Shown here: positions 1-10,454 of the stretch, one piece after another
Layout of the letters: the number at the start of each line of letters is the position of its first letter
Numbering within the stretch: the stretch's first letter is position 1
NCBI GenBank assembly: GCA_963674785.1
Contig: OY771555.1
Coordinates: 1,056,001-1,120,000, forward strand
Length of the DNA: 64,000 nt
DNA from: Caldisericia bacterium
GTDB taxonomy: Bacteria > Caldisericota > Caldisericia > JAAYUI01
Direction of reading: 5' to 3'
Made by a program: the position numbers and the translations under genes
The notes under the pieces: model-generated
What the model was told of the DNA's origin: nothing
Database searches by the model: none
The model's input: only the letters and a program-made list of their open reading frames with translations

Positions 1-2
1 TT

Positions 3-3000
3 CAACCCTTCTGGATACAAAACTGGATATCGGTAACCTGCAAGACGTCTGCTCTGAACACTATCTATTCTGCCTCGGGAGTTGAGTCAATTATCCCAAA
101 CATCAGAGTGTATGCGGATAAAATGACATCATCCAAGTCAGTGGTCTCAGACAATGAGACATGGAATCTTGAAATGATTGGTGCAGATAAAATCTGGGAG
201 AAGGGTGTTACTGGTGAGGGTGCTGTAATCGGTGTTCTCGATTCGGGTTGTGATTCAACTCATCCCGAGCTTGCAGGGAAAATTCTTCAATATGGATATA
301 TCGATGGTTATGGCAGGAAAACAAGCCAAAAGGTTGCAACAGATTCTGATGGTCATGGAACAAGCGTTTGTTCTGTAATTGCTGGTGAAACAACAGGTGT
401 GGCACCCGATGCAAAACTGATTGTGGGTGCTGTAATTCCTGGTGGGTCAGGATCAATGACCCAGATACTTGGTGGAATGCAGTGGATTTTAAATCCAGAT
501 GGAGACTACAAAACTGATGATGCTCCAAAGGTTGTAAACATGTCATTTGGTGCACCAGGTGCTTTGAAATATCTTGAATCGGGTATTTCAAATATGATAA
601 AGATTGGTATATTGCCAATTGCATCTGCTGGAAATGACGGCGAGGGAAGTACGAGTAATCCTGGAAACTTCCCTGATGTTATATCTGTCGGGGCGGTCGA
701 TTTTACCGAGACAATCACCGATTTCTCAGGTGGTGCTGATGTTTTGTGGGAGGATGTTGATACTGTAGAAACAGTTACAAAACCTGATCTTGTCGCCCCC
801 GGTGAGAGTATCAGGGTGGCAACCCCGCACAGAACATACGATCTTACAGATGGAACAAGTTCGGCATCCCCACATGTTTCCGGACTATGTGCTTTGTTGT
901 TATCAGAAAACCCTGAAATGGCCTCCGAGGATTTGAAGTATGCACTGATGGATAATGCAAAAGACCTCGGAAAACCTGGAAAAGATAGAAGATATGGGGT
1001 AGGTCTTGTTCAGGGAGAAGAGAGCTTCAACAGTACCCTCGAAAGAGAACCAAAAAATCTGAGTATTTCCTGGGGCAATAATACTCTTTGGGGTGATATA
1101 GAGGTGAAAACCTCAGACAGAACATACACTGTTTCACGAGATTTGGCAGATGACTTCTCATTTTTAGCACTGCCTGGAACTGATATCTCAGTATCATCTT
1201 TTGGATTTGAAGAGACATATGTAACAGGTGATGAGGTCACCCTTAACGCGCTTCCATCATTTACACTCGATTTGTCAGCATATTCTCCTGAGCTTAATGC
1301 GATGTCTCCCTGTACGGTGAGATTTCCTGAAACCCCTCTTCCTGTTTTTGAGGGTGCAGATGGTCATGTAGAAATTACCCTTCCAGTTGGAAAACATAAT
1401 GTAAGAGTTTATTCTTTTGGACACTCGGATGAAGAGATTGAACTTGAAATATCTGATGATCTGGAAATTGAAGTTGAGCTTACAACTGCAAAAATTGCAT
1501 TTATTGATGACAGGAAATCTGTATTTGGCACTCCACCCGAACCGATTCAGGGGAAGATGAGAAGGTCACTTGATTCAACAGAACTTCCATATTTTATCTG
1601 GACAACACGTGATGGCAGAGTAACAGCTTCTCAGCTATCAAGATTTGAATATGTCATCTGGAATCTTGGGGGCTCCCCAACTGATAAGATTATCAAGGTC
1701 TTGAGGGGCTATATGGATTTGGGCGGAAAGCTTATCTTGACCTCTGATTTTTACGGCGCAAGTTACTTAGGCGAGAGCGATTCTACAGTTTTTCTTGCCT
1801 CTTATTTTGATTGTTATCCAACCGATGGTGGAGGTTCCGCAATTAAACATTGGGATGGAGAGAATTGGAATACTGTCGCAATCGAAACGCCATCATTCCT
1901 CAGAAGCACAGAACTTGTCCCTCTTGGTGATAAAGCTGAACCTATCTTTTACTACTCTGGGTTTGTGAAACAAACTGTGGCAGGGATAAAAGTATCATCA
2001 ATCCACAACCAAGGTGTGGTTCTAGGGTTTACAGTTCCTGTTATCAGTTCTGATGAGAAAAGATCATGGCTTTTGAATTATCTGCTTAATTCCTTTGATG
2101 ATACATCAACTTTTAGAACAAGGATTGAATCTGGTGGGGTTGGTTTAAGTGGAATTGCTATTGTTGATGGTGAACAGGTAGAATTTACTGATGGTGATTT
2201 GTTCATCCCGCATGTCCCAAAAAATCCTGTTAGTGCGAGGATTATCAGTTATGGGTATGATGAAAAAAGCATTAGCTTGGATATGTCTAATACTCCTGAA
2301 GTAATATCTCTTGAAAAATCGAAAATTTCTGAATTAAAAGTAAACACAAATACAGATGGATACATAATTTTTCATGATGTTCCGATTGACCCAATAAAAA
2401 GCACCAGAAACCAGATACTCAAATTACCTGAAGGTGATTATGAGTTAACCTTTGTTTCAAAAGGATTTGTGCCTCAGAAATTAAGTGTTTCTGTACCGGG
2501 ACAATTGAATGCGAGTCTTGTGAATGCCCCAGATTATGTTCTTCTCCCTGAAGGTTATACCCAGATTGCAAATAGCTTGTCGTCACTAGGGCTTGCACAT
2601 TCCAGTAAAGATTTCATAAAAGCAGAAGATATCGTTTCATCTACAGTTTTCCTTTGGAGCAGTTCAGGTAAGGTAAAACAGAGCGATAGAGAGCTGATCT
2701 CAGAGATAAAAACTGCCCTAAAATGCGGTGCTTCTGTTATTGTTGCGGGTCCCGAGGTTGTAAAATCCTTTGGCGATCCTGTTGAAATCGATTCAATCGC
2801 CTCACAGATTTTTGCTGTAATCGGTAAGGGAAAACTGGATAATATCTTGATTTCGATCAACAAAGCGACAAAAAGGTATGGAATGACGATTCCTGTTCTT
2901 GCTGGTGGTGATACACTTGCAAGTTTTGTAGGTGGAGAATCAGCGATTGTAAGATATGACAATCTCATCATATCTGCTTTTGAGTTTGAAAAGATCGACC

Positions 3001-4097
3001 TTGATATTGTGGCAAAGGAAGTAATTCGGCTTCTCCTTTCAGAATTTGGGATTGATGAATCGAATCTTCCTATGCCAAAGATTACAACACCTGCATCACC
3101 CACAAATATGAATCCGCTTGTTGTAACAGGATTTGTTGCCCCAGATTCTGATTCTGTGATAGTGATAAGTGATGCTGAGTATGATTTAAATACTGATCTT
3201 GAAGGTTTTTTTGTGTTTGAATCTAATCTTCCAGAGGGTTCATATACTGTTCAGTTAAAGTCAAAAAAGAATGGTAAGAGTTCTGAAAGTGTAAAAACTC
3301 CCCTTGTGATCGATAGAACTCCTCCGGAAGTTATTGTACTCTCACCAAAAGATGGTTATTGCATAAATCAAGAGGTTGAGGTCATAGCGTCGTGTGTTGG
3401 TGCAAAAGAAGCACGAATTGATGGGGTTGAAGTAAAGATTTCAGGTGATCAGATTTCAAAGAAAGTATCGGCTACAAACGGAACAATAATGCTTGAAGCT
3501 GTTGATGCTACGGGAAACAAAAATCTTCAAATTCTCAACTACAAACCAAATATGAATATCGCAATTGACGCAAAGTCATCCGATGCATTCTTCGAGATTT
3601 CCCAGGTTTATGCTGCAAATGTGTTTGATGATGAATCATTCCGTCCATTCCAGGTTTCCACCAAGGGAGAGGTTGCCACATATCTTACTAAGGCATTGGG
3701 ATTATCACCAAAACCTGGGAAATGCCCATATAAAGATGTTTCCAAGAGCGATCCAGCCGAACCATATATTGGTGCACTGTATGAAGCGAATGTTCTTTCC
3801 GGTGTTGGAGAGTTTAAATCAAATTCAAATTCGACGATGGAATTCTTGCTTCAGATGATTGCTAATCGATACGGATTATCGTATTCCCCACCCACACCTA
3901 CATTTTCTGATTTGAATAACAGTAGCCTTTGGTATGGTGGGGTTGAAGGTTGTGTAAAAGCAAAGATTCTCAATCCAAAGGATATTAGATTGTTTACCGG
4001 TGAAAGTTTTAACCCAGGCTCAGGTGTAAAGAGAGAAGAAGTTGCAATAATAATTTATTGGTTGTTGAAATATAGAGCTAGAAATGGAGGGAAATAA
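3..4097 (+). CDS. S8 (subtilisin-like) serine protease with beta-sandwich domains and C-terminal SLH domains; 5'-truncated by window edge
   Basis: Catalytic motifs VLDSG, GHGT, SAGN, GTSSASPHV. C-terminal SLH-like repeats (YKDVSKSDPAEPYIGAL, FNPGSGVKREEVA). The frame is open from position 3 (QPFWIQNW..., propeptide-like), so the true start lies upstream of the window. Confidence 0.9.
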   Translation, partial: QPFWIQNWISVTCKTSALNTIYSASGVESIIPNIRVYADKMTSSKSVVSDNETWNLEMIGADKIWEKGVTGEGAVIGVLDSGCDSTHPELAGKILQYGYIDGYGRKTSQKVATDSDGHGTSVCSVIAGETTGVAPDAKLIVGAVIPGGSGSMTQILGGMQWILNPDGDYKTDDAPKVVNMSFGAPGALKYLESGISNMIKIGILPIASAGNDGEGSTSNPGNFPDVISVGAVDFTETITDFSGGADVLWEDVDTVETVTKPDLVAPGESIRVATPHRTYDLTDGTSSASPHVSGLCALLLSENPEMASEDLKYALMDNAKDLGKPGKDRRYGVGLVQGEESFNSTLEREPKNLSISWGNNTLWGDIEVKTSDRTYTVSRDLADDFSFLALPGTDISVSSFGFEETYVTGDEVTLNALPSFTLDLSAYSPELNAMSPCTVRFPETPLPVFEGADGHVEITLPVGKHNVRVYSFGHSDEEIELEISDDLEIEVELTTAKIAFIDDRKSVFGTPPEPIQGKMRRSLDSTELPYFIWTTRDGRVTASQLSRFEYVIWNLGGSPTDKIIKVLRGYMDLGGKLILTSDFYGASYLGESDSTVFLASYFDCYPTDGGGSAIKHWDGENWNTVAIETPSFLRSTELVPLGDKAEPIFYYSGFVKQTVAGIKVSSIHNQGVVLGFTVPVISSDEKRSWLLNYLLNSFDDTSTFRTRIESGGVGLSGIAIVDGEQVEFTDGDLFIPHVPKNPVSARIISYGYDEKSISLDMSNTPEVISLEKSKISELKVNTNTDGYIIFHDVPIDPIKSTRNQILKLPEGDYELTFVSKGFVPQKLSVSVPGQLNASLVNAPDYVLLPEGYTQIANSLSSLGLAHSSKDFIKAEDIVSSTVFLWSSSGKVKQSDRELISEIKTALKCGASVIVAGPEVVKSFGDPVEIDSIASQIFAVIGKGKLDNILISINKATKRYGMTIPVLAGGDTLASFVGGESAIVRYDNLIISAFEFEKIDLDIVAKEVIRLLLSEFGIDESNLPMPKITTPASPTNMNPLVVTGFVAPDSDSVIVISDAEYDLNTDLEGFFVFESNLPEGSYTVQLKSKKNGKSSESVKTPLVIDRTPPEVIVLSPKDGYCINQEVEVIASCVGAKEARIDGVEVKISGDQISKKVSATNGTIMLEAVDATGNKNLQILNYKPNMNIAIDAKSSDAFFEISQVYAANVFDDESFRPFQVSTKGEVATYLTKALGLSPKPGKCPYKDVSKSDPAEPYIGALYEANVLSGVGEFKSNSNSTMEFLLQMIANRYGLSYSPPTPTFSDLNNSSLWYGGVEGCVKAKILNPKDIRLFTGESFNPGSGVKREEVAIIIYWLLKYRARNGGK

Positions 4098-4098
4098 A

Positions 4099-4524
4099 GT
4101 GGAAGATATTCTTGAAAAACTCCGTAGAAATGGCTATAGGATCACGAAACCTAGGGAAGAGATTTTAAAACTTTTCATCGAAGCAGAAGGTGAAAACCTG
4201 GATGCAAGCGAAATAATGGAAAGACTCATCAAAGCAAAAGTCGATATTGATATGGCGACACTCTATAGAAATCTCGAGCTTTTGTTTTCGCTTAAGATTA
4301 TTCATAAAAGTAATTTCACACACCAGCATGCTCATTATGGGTTGACAACGGACAGAGAAATACACTTTGTTTGCAAAGAGTGTGGTTCGATTACCGAAAC
4401 CTCAATAGATGAAAACTCAGAAATAATAAAAACAATAAATGAAATAGGTGATAATTTTGTAGTTGAAAGTGTCTCAATAGAAGCCTACGGCACCTGTAAA
4501 AGATGCCGTAGGAACGATACCTAA
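4099..4524 (+). CDS. Fur-family transcriptional regulator
   Basis: RITKPR, ATLYRNLELL, HFVCKECG and GTCKRC motifs; GGAGG RBS before GTG at 4099. Confidence 0.92.
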   Translation: MEDILEKLRRNGYRITKPREEILKLFIEAEGENLDASEIMERLIKAKVDIDMATLYRNLELLFSLKIIHKSNFTHQHAHYGLTTDREIHFVCKECGSITETSIDENSEIIKTINEIGDNFVVESVSIEAYGTCKRCRRNDT

Positions 4525-4560
4525 TTAATTATAAGTATTCTTTGTGGTCTAAAATAATAA

Positions 4561-4776
4561 TCAGTCTGTGATTGCTCTGACAGCTGATGCCTGTTTGCCT
4601 TTGTCGCCGTCAATTATTTCAAACTCAACCTGCTGGTCTTCTCTAAGTGTTTTGAAGCCATCAACACCCTGAATAGAGGAGAAATGTACAAATACTTCCT
4701 CGTCACTACCGTCTACCTTGATAAAACCGTAACCTTTTTTGTTGTCAAACCAGAGTACTTTACCCTTCGAAATCAT
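4561..4776 (-). CDS. cold-shock protein
   Basis: [15 protein letters not shown]...VFVHFSSI...GFKTL is a canonical cold-shock domain. Confidence 0.96.
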   Translation of the reverse strand: MISKGKVLWFDNKKGYGFIKVDGSDEEVFVHFSSIQGVDGFKTLREDQQVEFEIIDGDKGKQASAVRAITD

Positions 4777-4876
4777 CTAATCAAACCTTCCTATCTTGCG
4801 CTCTCGCGCTATTTCTTTCTGACAGAATCCAATGACACCAGAATTTTTGTGTCAGGAATCTGTCTAGTAACTATTC

Positions 4877-5623
4877 TTACTTAAATCTAAAGTTTGCAAT
4901 CTTGCCGTGATTAATCCAGACAAGTTCTGCGCCGAGTGAATCTCCAACAGCTTTTACAGGAACAAATGTTCTGCTGTTTACAATCTCTGGTGCTGAAACA
5001 AGATCATAGTCTTTGCCGTTGACCTTGGCGTTTTGTTTACCGATCCACATCTGACCAACAAGTTTGCCGCTCTTCTTGATGTCGACTCTTCTCTCGTTGC
5101 CGTCCCAACCAACTTCTCCACCAAGGTTCTCGATTCCTGCTCTAAGCGGAACCATGGATTTTTCCTTTTTGGAGATATAGCAAGGTGCGTCGATTTCAAC
5201 CTGTTCACCATTGCCAATAATATACTGCCTTGCATCACCATCATCTTCATTGCTGAGGATGAAAGAAACACATTTGCTATATTTTTTCTTTGGGTTGCTC
5301 ATGAAATCACCAGGGTTATATCCTGCTTCGATTTCCTGTATGTTGGTGTATCCATCGGCATCCACGTCATCGTTTTCAAATGCTGGGAAGTCGCCATCCA
5401 TAAGGACTTCGTACTGTACGCCGTAAAGGTTTCTTGGTGTGTCACCATTTTCATGGAAGTGACAAAGCCAACAGTCGGCACCCTTTAGTTTAGTATCTTT
5501 TGCACTGAAATCTGGGTAGAAATATAAAAATTCCTCTGAATAATCTTCCTGACCGAGAACCACCATGAAAGAAGCCACGAACATGATTGCTACAACAACT
5601 GCAACGATTGATAATCTCTTCAT
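4877..5623 (-). CDS. secreted CxxCH protein with Ca-binding DxDxDG motif and C-terminal copper-amine-oxidase N-terminal (stalk) domain
   Basis: Signal peptide; CWLCH; RNLYG...DVDADGYTNIQEI; stalk motifs MVPLR and PEIVNSRTFVPVK. Confidence 0.75.
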   Translation of the reverse strand: MKRLSIVAVVVAIMFVASFMVVLGQEDYSEEFLYFYPDFSAKDTKLKGADCWLCHFHENGDTPRNLYGVQYEVLMDGDFPAFENDDVDADGYTNIQEIEAGYNPGDFMSNPKKKYSKCVSFILSNEDDGDARQYIIGNGEQVEIDAPCYISKKEKSMVPLRAGIENLGGEVGWDGNERRVDIKKSGKLVGQMWIGKQNAKVNGKDYDLVSAPEIVNSRTFVPVKAVGDSLGAELVWINHGKIANFRFK

Positions 5624-5771
5624 AAACTAGACCTCCTGTAGTCTTGATGTCATTTTATGTCTCGTTTTATTAAATACAACTATTTCGTAGTATAAGGTTT
5701 TCTGAGTTTTACTGATTTTTTTAACCAAAGTTTTGATTTCTATCCCTGGCAGAAAAAGCTTGAAAGAGTTG

Positions 5772-7259
5772 TTATTCAGGAAATCCCTGTCCCCAGAGGA
5801 AACGTATGATTCTTTCAGCATCCTCATCGCTTATATGATTTGGATCTTTTTGAACCATTCTTTTTACTATCGGTTCCCAATCATTCCTTGCCTTTGTCTC
5901 AGGAGCTGGAAGATTGTGGCATTTGCTGCATTTTTCTTCAAAAAGATTTTTCCCAATGTTCGGTTCTGGAAGTGATTGGTTTTCATTAAGCTTTGGACTA
6001 ATGAAGAAAAGCGACCCATTATTGATCTCTGCTGTTACATCAAAATTATTGTTGATGAATGAGAGTGGAATCAAGAGTTTGCTTTTTGAGATAAAAACGT
6101 TTGGAATAATCTCAAATGTTTTTGCATCTTTGTGAGCCATTGATGTGTCCGGAAACACTTTTACTAATGAGTTATTATTTGATACTGCAGCACTTCTTTC
6201 AGTTTCATCCCAAAAAACATCATAACCGAAGCTTTCGAAGATTGGTCGAAGTTCGACAAAATAATGCCCATCAATGAGCTCTGGTTTGTTTTTTAAACCG
6301 ATATTTTCACCAGATCTGCTGTATATTACAAAACTGTTTGGATTTGCGGTCAAAAGTTTTTGTTCGGGTAGTGTGGTTGCATTTCTTAGCGTGAAAAGGT
6401 AAACACCGTCTTTGTCAAACTTGTGAAGTAGCACCTCATTGTCAACGATTTCAGCGGCATAACATCCTGCGTCGAGATAATCACAAATAACAGTAAGTGG
6501 ATCTGTTAAAACTGATTCGCCACAGCTAAACAGGTACTCAAGTTCACGTGAAAACACATGAAGACTGCCTGTTCCTCGGTCTGCGACCCAAACCCTTCTG
6601 TCGTTATCCTCTGAGGTTGCGACATCTGAGGGATTCTCAAGTATTCCATCACCACACTCCCCAATGACTCGACCCCACTCGTCTGTTTTGACGATTCTTT
6701 TATTTTCGGGGTCGGCTATGAAGACCTGTTTGATGAAATCCATGTAGGTGCCAGCAATTTTGCCGAAAGGTTTTTCGGGGTAGTTTTTGAACTCTCCATC
6801 GATTTCTCCTGGAGGTGCAACATGAAATGCTTTTCCATCCATCGTCCCGAGGATCAGATGTTCATAATTAGAATCCTGACAGATTGCGAGGCTTGAAGAG
6901 TTTGAGTACTTCAGTTCAGGTATTGTGTTGTCTTTTTTCCACAAAATGCTTCCTGAAAAATCAACCACCCAAATGGTTTCTGTAACTGGATCGAGAAGCC
7001 CAATGCCTCCACCACAAGAGCAAACACTTACGTCCGTAAAGCTTTCTGCGCCAAGATTTGATGCAGAATCAAACTCCCCAAGGTATATTCCTGTTTCTGA
7101 ATCAATATGATGAATTATGCCTGTTTCAAAATCGAGAAGATAAAGGTCTTTGTACTTATCGACACCGAGAGATAATCCCTGAAGTTTGGAACCAATATTT
7201 GTAGGAAACGTCATCGCACACAAACAGACAACGAACACCACTAAAAAAACTTTTTTCAT
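5772..7259 (-). CDS. NHL-repeat beta-propeller + stalk domain + C-terminal mono-heme cytochrome c
   Basis: Signal peptide; NHL motifs (VFIADPENKRI, PSDVA, VWVADRG); stalk (FVELRPIFESFGYDVFWD); GKNLFEEKCSKCH...IVKRM. Confidence 0.82.
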   Translation of the reverse strand: MKKVFLVVFVVCLCAMTFPTNIGSKLQGLSLGVDKYKDLYLLDFETGIIHHIDSETGIYLGEFDSASNLGAESFTDVSVCSCGGGIGLLDPVTETIWVVDFSGSILWKKDNTIPELKYSNSSSLAICQDSNYEHLILGTMDGKAFHVAPPGEIDGEFKNYPEKPFGKIAGTYMDFIKQVFIADPENKRIVKTDEWGRVIGECGDGILENPSDVATSEDNDRRVWVADRGTGSLHVFSRELEYLFSCGESVLTDPLTVICDYLDAGCYAAEIVDNEVLLHKFDKDGVYLFTLRNATTLPEQKLLTANPNSFVIYSRSGENIGLKNKPELIDGHYFVELRPIFESFGYDVFWDETERSAAVSNNNSLVKVFPDTSMAHKDAKTFEIIPNVFISKSKLLIPLSFINNNFDVTAEINNGSLFFISPKLNENQSLPEPNIGKNLFEEKCSKCHNLPAPETKARNDWEPIVKRMVQKDPNHISDEDAERIIRFLWGQGFPE

Positions 7260-7271
7260 AAATCAAAAAAT

Positions 7272-7703
7272 CTAGTGGAATTCGATCCTGGTGTCAGTGA
7301 TCACGTAGACAAGACCACGTTTGGTGAGTGTCCCGAATATTGTTGCTTTTCTACCCACTCTTGATGGAAGAAGAAGTCCGTACGAAGAGTTGTCTTCAAT
7401 CAAAATCTCGCCGGTTTCGTCTTTCAAAAAGAAGTCACAACATTGAGCCTCGTCGCGAGTGATTATGCCACAAACCTCCACCGTCGATTGGTTTCTGTTT
7501 TCACAATATCTATCGATGGCATCAGAGATACAGCATCTCATATTAGTCCTGTTGGAGTCACTTGTTGCGACTGGTGAAAGAGTCAACCAGCCAGATATGT
7601 AGAAGGTTGTGAAAGCGATTAAAAGCACAAGCACAAAAACAATATACGGAATAAATCCGACCGCTACACCGTCCTTATTTTTAGTTTTTTTTGAAAGAAT
7701 CAT
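7272..7703 (-). CDS. membrane-anchored putative OB-fold protein with CC pairs
   Basis: N-terminal TM; VEVCGII...FFLKDETGEI...VGRKATIFG pattern; RCC and QCC. Confidence 0.55.
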   Translation of the reverse strand: MILSKKTKNKDGVAVGFIPYIVFVLVLLIAFTTFYISGWLTLSPVATSDSNRTNMRCCISDAIDRYCENRNQSTVEVCGIITRDEAQCCDFFLKDETGEILIEDNSSYGLLLPSRVGRKATIFGTLTKRGLVYVITDTRIEFH

Positions 7704-7733
7704 ATTCCCTTCTTGAAACCTAAAAACAACTTC

Positions 7734-8159
7734 CTATTTACTCGCTCCAAAGCTTATAACGTCGATGATCTTCTTATCTTTAATTATGGCAACTTCGATA
7801 CCTTCAGCTGTTGTGTAAGCTTTTGCGTCGATACCTGTTTCACCTGTCTGTGAAGTATAATAGCTAATTGCCTCTGCTTCAAGTCTCTCAAAGTCAACAT
7901 TTGAAGTAGCAGATGATCCACAACTGCTTGCCGATCCACATCCACCTGCGGTGCTTCCGCATCCGCCAGAAACAGTGGCGCTGCTACAACTTGCCTGTTC
8001 TGCGGGTGAACATCCACCTTCGATTCCCGAACATGATCCCCCACTAACATAATTTGTTAGGTTTCCACCGGATGATGCAAATGCATTAATCCCAAGGGCG
8101 ACAAGAATCACCACACAAACAACGATTATCGAAACCATCAAAATATTCTTTTTATCCAC
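7734..8159 (-). CDS. exported protein with Cys/Gly/Ser-rich low-complexity tract
   Basis: GTG start with AAGGAG RBS; N-terminal hydrophobic segment; GGSCS..GGCS..SCS..GGCG..GGCG..SSCG. Confidence 0.75.
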   Translation of the reverse strand: MDKKNILMVSIIVVCVVILVALGINAFASSGGNLTNYVSGGSCSGIEGGCSPAEQASCSSATVSGGCGSTAGGCGSASSCGSSATSNVDFERLEAEAISYYTSQTGETGIDAKAYTTAEGIEVAIIKDKKIIDVISFGASK

Positions 8160-8190
8160 AATAATACTCCTTGGTCAATCTTTAGCCGTA

Positions 8191-8218
8191 ATGATACACC
8201 CCCGGGGGTATACATCAA
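8191..8218 (-). promoter_or_regulatory. sigma70-type promoter with CsoR/RcnR-family-type operator in the spacer
   Basis: Minus strand reads TTGATG-TATACCCCCGGGGGTG-TATCAT; perfect palindrome ACCCCCGGGGGT at 8198-8209. Confidence 0.7.
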
Positions 8219-8345
8219 GGGAATGCAATTAAAGCTAAGTAAATATTGGTTTAATCCTGTCAATAGCAACGATTCTTACTCACTTCTGTGGTGTTCTTGA
8301 AAAGTGCCTGCACACTGCTATAATCACGTTTCCGGAGGTGTCTCT

Positions 8346-9440
8346 ATGAAACTTAATGTAAAAAAAGCCGATGTTTTTGGAGCGGTGTCAGCTGTTGCAA
8401 CAGTTATCCCAAGAAATCCATCGATTCAACTTCTTGGAAATATTTTATTTGAAGCTCGTGACGGTAAGGTATTTTTTACAGGAACCGACATGGAAACATG
8501 GGTTCGAATCGAAGTTTCGGCAGAGATTACAGAAGAAGGAGAGATTACAGTCCCTTCAAGAATCTTTACCGATCTTATTTCAAGCCTTCCCGGTGAAGAT
8601 ATAACCATAACTCTTGAAGAGGGTCAGATGAAGATTGAAGCTGGTGACTCTCACTCGACTCTTAACTGTATGCCAAGCCACGAATACCCAACCATTCCAG
8701 AGATTACTTCTGGTGAATCGGTCATATTGGATAGAGACGTACTCCTTGATATTGTCGGTAAGGTTACGCCATCGATCTCAGATAGACTCGAGGATAAAAG
8801 AGAGCAGCTTGGTGCACTCATCTCTGTTGAAGATGGAAACTTGAATCTCGTTGCAACTGATAACTACAGGCTTGCAATTTGCAAAGAACCAGTTAATACA
8901 TCTGCAAACATTAGCGCAATTGTTGCAGGAACAGTTTGGAAAAACCTTTTCAAACTTGTTGGTTCAGGTGAATCTTCAGAAATAAAACTTATTTTCACAC
9001 CATCCCAGGTTGGGTTCAAGTTCGGGGATGTTGAACTTGTAAGCAGACTCATTGATGGAGAGTTCCCGCCATATAAACACGTCATTCCAACAAACTTTGA
9101 TAAAACTGCAATCATTCCTTCCGATGAATTCCTTGCAGCACTCAATCGTGTAAATATCATTGTCAAACAGGGAAACAGAAAAGTAACCCTTGTCTTCTCT
9201 GAAAATAAGCTCGTTTGCAAGGGAATCGCTCCAGAGTATGGTGAAGTTGAGGAGACACTCGAAATTGAAACTGGTGCTGCAGAGCTAGAAGTTTCAATGA
9301 ATCTTAAAAAGCTTGTTGATGGAATCAGATGTGCAGATAGTCCAAAGGTGCAGATCAACACAAATGGAGTCATGCAGCCAATCCTTCTTCAACCAGAGGG
9401 TTCTGATTCATTCATCTATGTGCTAGTAACCCAAAGATAG
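8346..9440 (+). CDS. dnaN: DNA polymerase III beta sliding clamp
   Basis: GTDME, VATDNYRLA, SRLIDGEFPPY motifs; GGAGGT RBS before ATG at 8346. Confidence 0.97.
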   Translation: MKLNVKKADVFGAVSAVATVIPRNPSIQLLGNILFEARDGKVFFTGTDMETWVRIEVSAEITEEGEITVPSRIFTDLISSLPGEDITITLEEGQMKIEAGDSHSTLNCMPSHEYPTIPEITSGESVILDRDVLLDIVGKVTPSISDRLEDKREQLGALISVEDGNLNLVATDNYRLAICKEPVNTSANISAIVAGTVWKNLFKLVGSGESSEIKLIFTPSQVGFKFGDVELVSRLIDGEFPPYKHVIPTNFDKTAIIPSDEFLAALNRVNIIVKQGNRKVTLVFSENKLVCKGIAPEYGEVEETLEIETGAAELEVSMNLKKLVDGIRCADSPKVQINTNGVMQPILLQPEGSDSFIYVLVTQR

Positions 9441-9443
9441 CCT

Positions 9444-10454
9444 TTGATTAAAACACTTGAGACTTCAGGATTTAGGATTTTCGATGACCTAAAGGTGGAG
9501 CTGAAGCCGGGTTTAAACATAATTTCTGGTGAAAATGCCACAGGTAAAACCTCTGCTCTTGAGGCTGTTGGTTATTGTCTCCGAGGTAAATCAATTCTCT
9601 CATCAAAAGATTTTGATGTAGTCACCTTCGGTAAAGACTACTTCAGAATAATGCTCGAATTTGAGAGATCATTCAAAGAGACGATCACGGTTTTTTGGGA
9701 TGGAAGAAAAAGAATTTCGATTGGAGAGAAACCAGTTCGTTCTGCCAGGGAGCTGATGAGAAGATTCAAGGTTGTTTTTGTTGGGCCAAAATCGGTTGAC
9801 ATCGCTCTTGGTTCGCCATCTCTTCGTAGAGGATTTCTCGATGAAACAGCAAGTCAGATGAATCCTGAGTGGGCTGAGACAATCTCTGAGTATCGGGCAA
9901 CCGTGAAGGATAGAAATTCACTTCTTAGCAATGAGTTTATTGATTATGATCTTCTTGAAGTTTTGACGAGACAGATTATAAAGATCGGCACAGATCTTCG
10001 TGCAATCAGGAGAGCGGTTGCAGAAGATATTAACTCAAAAGTAACCGCTGACGATATCGAGGTACTCATAGATGATTCAAAGGAGCTTTCAAAAGAGACT
10101 TTCGGTGAAAAGCTGTATCTTGAGAAAATCAGGAAGTCAACATTGATTGGACCACATCGAGACGACTGCTATTTTGTTTACAGAGGTAATAGAGTTGAAA
10201 AGTTTGCATCAACGGGTGAAGCACGTAGAATCACGATGGTTTTAAAACTTGCGAGCGCAAATATGATCTCAGAAAAAAGTGGTATTGAACCGGTGATTTT
10301 GGCGGATGACCTTCTTGCTGAACTCGATGAAAAGAATTCACTTCTGGCACTTGAGAAACTGAGAGAGTTTTCTCAGGTAATACTGACAAATGCAGGAAGC
10401 AACCCACCAGGTGATTATAATTTGATAAGGACTGAAGAATGGCAAAACCGGTAG
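9444..10454 (+). CDS. recF: DNA replication/repair protein RecF
   Basis: GENATGKT Walker A, GSPSLRRGFLD, GPHRDD, ASTGE, DDLLAELD; directly follows dnaN. Confidence 0.93.
   Translation: MIKTLETSGFRIFDDLKVELKPGLNIISGENATGKTSALEAVGYCLRGKSILSSKDFDVVTFGKDYFRIMLEFERSFKETITVFWDGRKRISIGEKPVRSARELMRRFKVVFVGPKSVDIALGSPSLRRGFLDETASQMNPEWAETISEYRATVKDRNSLLSNEFIDYDLLEVLTRQIIKIGTDLRAIRRAVAEDINSKVTADDIEVLIDDSKELSKETFGEKLYLEKIRKSTLIGPHRDDCYFVYRGNRVEKFASTGEARRITMVLKLASANMISEKSGIEPVILADDLLAELDEKNSLLALEKLREFSQVILTNAGSNPPGDYNLIRTEEWQNR

Noticed and set aside
8152-8160. Perfect DnaA box TTATCCACA upstream of dnaN (possible oriC)
   Set aside because: Single copy overlapping a start codon, with another inside a CDS at 13711; no box cluster or clear unwinding element was seen.
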